Shown: positions 7,811-9,111 of the stretch, piece by piece
Layout: each line of letters begins with the position of its first letter
Numbering within the stretch: position 1 is the stretch's first letter
Origin: PVC group bacterium
GTDB taxonomy: Bacteria > GCA-001730085 > JADFSZ01
DNA length: 9,111 nucleotides
Direction of reading: 5' to 3'
Assembly (NCBI GenBank): GCA_022560555.1
Contig: JADFSZ010000060.1
Location: forward strand, 1 to 9,111
Position numbers and translations under genes: made by a program
Notes under the pieces: model-generated
What the model saw: the letters and a program-made list of their open reading frames with translations, nothing else
What the model was told of the DNA's origin: nothing
Databases searched by the model: none

Positions 7811-8573
7811 AGCAACCAGGCAGCGTGACTTAGGGCTCCTTGCTATGATTCAACCCATCAAGGATGATCACCCCCTTTGGGGCTACCGCCGTACCTGGGC
7901 TTATCTGAAATATCGCCTAGGTTACCCTACCGGTAAAAATCGTATCCATCGTGTCATGAAAGAAAACAACCTTCTCGTGACTAAACGACAGCGGATACGT
8001 GCTCGTCGCGGTCCGTTCCGCTCTAAACCTAGAGCCTACCGCCCTAATCATTACTGGGGCATCGATATGACAAAAATCAAAATGTACCCCTGGGGCTGGC
8101 TCTATCTGTGTATTGTCCTAGATTGGTGCACCAAAGAAATCGTTGGTTATTCTCTGAACATCCAATCCAAAACAGATGATTGGCTTTTAGCTCTCGAAAA
8201 TGCTGTTAACAAGCGTTTCCCTCGCGGCATCCGAGACTCTATCAAAGATCAATCGCTCTTTCTCATCTCTGACAACGGTTGTCAGCCAACCAGTCAGAGA
8301 TTTATGATGAACTGTTCCCTTGTTGGTATCAAACAAATCTTTACAACCTGGTGTAACCCCAAAGGCAATTCCGATACAGAACGTGTCATGCGAACCATCA
8401 AAGAAGACTTAGTCTGGACTTATGACTGGGATAATCCCTTTGCCTTCTCTGATGCTCTGAGCAAATGGATCAATGCATACAACAGTTATTATCCCCACCA
8501 ATCCTTGAACAATATGACGCCAAAACAATATTATGAAACTTTTAGCCAAAAACCAGTGCCAGTTCTAACTTAA
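7791..8573 (+). CDS. IS3-family transposase OrfB (DDE integrase core)
   Basis: DDE candidates are HYWGIDMT, FLISDNGCQPTS and GNSDTERVMRTIKEDL, with C-terminal YNSYYPHQSLNNMTPKQY. The frame is open from 7776, directly after the A-run at 7774-7778. It is +1 relative to orfA rather than the usual -1. Confidence 0.85.
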   Translation: MQRQRSEATRQRDLGLLAMIQPIKDDHPLWGYRRTWAYLKYRLGYPTGKNRIHRVMKENNLLVTKRQRIRARRGPFRSKPRAYRPNHYWGIDMTKIKMYPWGWLYLCIVLDWCTKEIVGYSLNIQSKTDDWLLALENAVNKRFPRGIRDSIKDQSLFLISDNGCQPTSQRFMMNCSLVGIKQIFTTWCNPKGNSDTERVMRTIKEDLVWTYDWDNPFAFSDALSKWINAYNSYYPHQSLNNMTPKQYYETFSQKPVPVLT

Positions 8574-8597
8574 AAAACCCTTGCTTAACCGGGGGCA
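8557..8597 (+). repeat. Right terminal inverted repeat (IRR) of the IS3-family element
   Basis: The reverse complement reads TGCCCCCGGTTAAGCAAGGGTTTTTTAAGTTAGAACTGGCA and pairs with 7457-7500. Confidence 0.8.
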
Positions 8598-8663
8598 TTA
8601 CACTGCTTCGCCTTCCTTCAAAACCCTGATAGTTTGCTCCTCTGTATGCCTCTTTCTACCCAT
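8598..8663 (-). pseudogene. Truncated IS3/IS911-type transposase OrfA N-terminus
   Basis: The minus-strand translation MGRKRHTEEQTIRVLKEGEAV-stop matches the conserved start of HTH_Tnp_1 OrfA proteins (xKRxxTEEQxIxxLKExEAG). AGGAGG lies 6 nt upstream. The reading frame ends exactly at the IS boundary (8597/8598). Confidence 0.5.
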
Positions 8664-8739
8664 TCTGGACCTCCTCTTGACCGCTTTTACCATCTTTACG
8701 TTATACTTTCAACTGATCCAGTTTGCGGGGGGAAGGTCA
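8598..8739 (-). mobile_element. Remnant of a second IS3-like element (left end plus first 21 codons of its orfA), truncated at the junction with the first IS
   Basis: On the minus strand a TG-initiated end, TGACCTTCCCCCCGCAAACTGG, starts at 8739. AGGAGG follows, then ATG at 8663. The outer boundary is inferred from resemblance to IS3-family ends and has no mate in the window. Confidence 0.5.
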
Positions 8740-8867
8740 AAAAATATCAATGGCTTCCCAGCCCTGAAATAAAAGTGGTGGGGAGATCAGGATTCGGTCA
8801 CTCTCGCTCGATTGCATCTCGCTCCAGCAGGCTCCTTCATCCCGAATATGGAACCCAATAAGCCCGT

Positions 8868-8908
8868 GCATGGTTTTCGAGGCCCGTAAGGGCATCGGAA
8901 AACCATGC
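8868..8908 (+). other. Long hairpin A with GNRA (GUAA) tetraloop
   Basis: An 11-bp outer helix GCATGGTTTTC / GAAAACCATGC. It continues through a bulge (g8897) and a G-A mismatch to an apical GCCC-GTAA-GGGC. Confidence 0.6.
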
Positions 8909-8973
8909 CACTCGTTTGCTTTATCCTCGCTCTTCGCTCGGTTCAACCTGAGTCTGGAACCCGAAAAGCTCGT

Positions 8974-9013
8974 GTCAGATTTTTGAAGAGCTTTGCTCTT
9001 CGAAAATCCAGGC
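8974..9013 (+). other. Long hairpin B, positional homologue of hairpin A
   Basis: 13 contiguous pairs (8978-8990 with 8996-9008, including one T-G wobble at 8984/9002) around the loop CTTTG. Three further pairs (8974-8976 with 9011-9013) lie beyond a small internal loop. Confidence 0.6.
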
Positions 9014-9111
9014 CGCTCTCTCGGGTCCGTCGCTCCGAAACTTCGGAGTTCCTCCCCTATGTAGGCCAAAAATCTTTCTATAGCATTAACAACTCAAAAA
9101 ATGGGGAGACC

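Larger units (their letters stand above)
7457..8597 (+). mobile_element. IS3-family insertion sequence (1141 bp) with orfA/orfB organisation and TG...CA termini
   Basis: Left end is TGCCCCGGTTAAACAA...TAAGTTAGAATTGGC. The reverse complement of the right end is TGCCCCCGGTTAAGCAA...TAAGTTAGAACTGGC. An HTH/leucine-zipper OrfA and a DDE OrfB lie between them. The orfB stop lies inside the right inverted repeat, as is common in IS3 members. Confidence 0.85.
8801..9060 (+). repeat. About 2.5 diverged tandem non-coding modules (period about 106 nt)
   Basis: Module 1 spans 8801-8909, module 2 spans 8910-9014, and a partial module 3 spans 9015-9060. TGGAACCCAATAAGCCCGTG (8849-8868) aligns with TGGAACCCGAAAAGCTCGTG (8955-8974) at 17 of 20 positions. 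Each box runs directly into a roughly 40-nt hairpin. Each module starts with paired TCGCTC boxes. Confidence 0.6.

Noticed and set aside
7451-8603. Target-site duplication flanking the IS.
   Set aside because: TAT/ATAT/TATAT on the left does not match TTA/TTAC/TTACA on the right. No 3-5 bp direct repeat is present at the boundaries defined by the inverted repeats.
8937-8952. tRNA T-arm-like CTCGG-TTCAAC-CTGAG.
   Set aside because: The loop is 6 nt, not 7. No D-arm, anticodon arm or acceptor complementarity could be found around it.
8945-8959. TPP-riboswitch-like AACCTGAGTCTGGAA (compare ACCUGAUCUGGAUAAUGCCAGCG).
   Set aside because: No following CCAGCG. No CUGAGA box at an appropriate distance. 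No downstream thiamine gene.
9001-9018. RNase P RNA CR-I-like string CGAAAATCCAGGCCGCTC following a hairpin (compare GAGGAAAGUCCGGGCUC after P3).
   Set aside because: Two of the near-invariant positions differ (AAAGUCC versus AAAAUCC; CGGGC versus CAGGC). The downstream sequence becomes AT-rich and unstructured, and no other RNase P conserved regions are visible.
8780-9057. tmRNA (ssrA)-like signals. The + strand starts GGGGAGATCAGGATTCGG, which resembles the GGGG...GGAUUCGAC 5' end of tmRNA. AACCCAA...GTGCATG...CGAGG resembles the E. coli PK1 region. On the minus strand the unit would read 5'-GGGGAGG...UCUCCCCACCA-3', with an encoded CCA.
   Set aside because: Neither strand has a T-arm adjacent to the acceptor 3' strand. 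The third acceptor pair would be G-C rather than the G3-U70 needed for alanylation. No reading frame ends in a typical hydrophobic tag (LAA/VAA-type). At about 280 nt it is short for tmRNA. It is worth a formal ARAGORN/cmsearch test, but I cannot support the call.
8581-9069. ORF-track entries 8581-8772 (+), 8634-8861 (+) and 8737-9069 (-).
   Set aside because: They span IS ends and the repeat/hairpin region and lack an RBS. Their translations are low-complexity with no recognisable motif. Their length is explained by the repeat composition.
1-9111. CRISPR arrays, rRNA or tRNA genes.
   Set aside because: There are no regularly spaced identical repeats, no rRNA-like conserved stretches and no cloverleaf-compatible segments. 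The only repeats are the IS inverted repeats and the diverged modules at 8801-9060.

Overview
Bacterial chromosomal window of moderate G+C with strong AGGAGG-type ribosome-binding sites; the taxon cannot be assigned from sequence alone. It splits into two parts. (1) Positions 1-6793 are a + strand block of core metabolism. It holds the 3' end of rpe, an orphan small membrane protein, and a DUF318/ArsP-type CxC permease. These are followed by a direct-sulfhydrylation Met/Cys gene set (metX, metW, cysK, metY) and a TlpA-like thioredoxin-fold lipoprotein whose start overlaps the metY stop. The block ends at a bidirectional rho-independent terminator. (2) Positions 6900-9111 are accessory or rearranged. 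This part contains a stand-alone MshEN/T2SSE_N domain protein (minus strand) carrying both 24-residue c-di-GMP-binding motifs. Next is a 1141-bp IS3-family element with clear TG...CA inverted repeats, an in-frame TAA in orfA and a non-canonical orfA/orfB frame relationship. It abuts a roughly 140-bp remnant of a second IS3-like element. The final roughly 330 bp is non-coding. It holds about 2.5 diverged tandem modules, each with paired TCGCTC boxes, a TGGAACCC box and a long hairpin. I could not assign this region to any RNA family I know. No rRNA, tRNA or CRISPR array was seen. The most interesting items are the non-coding module array, the stand-alone MshEN protein, and the IS junction with its lesions.
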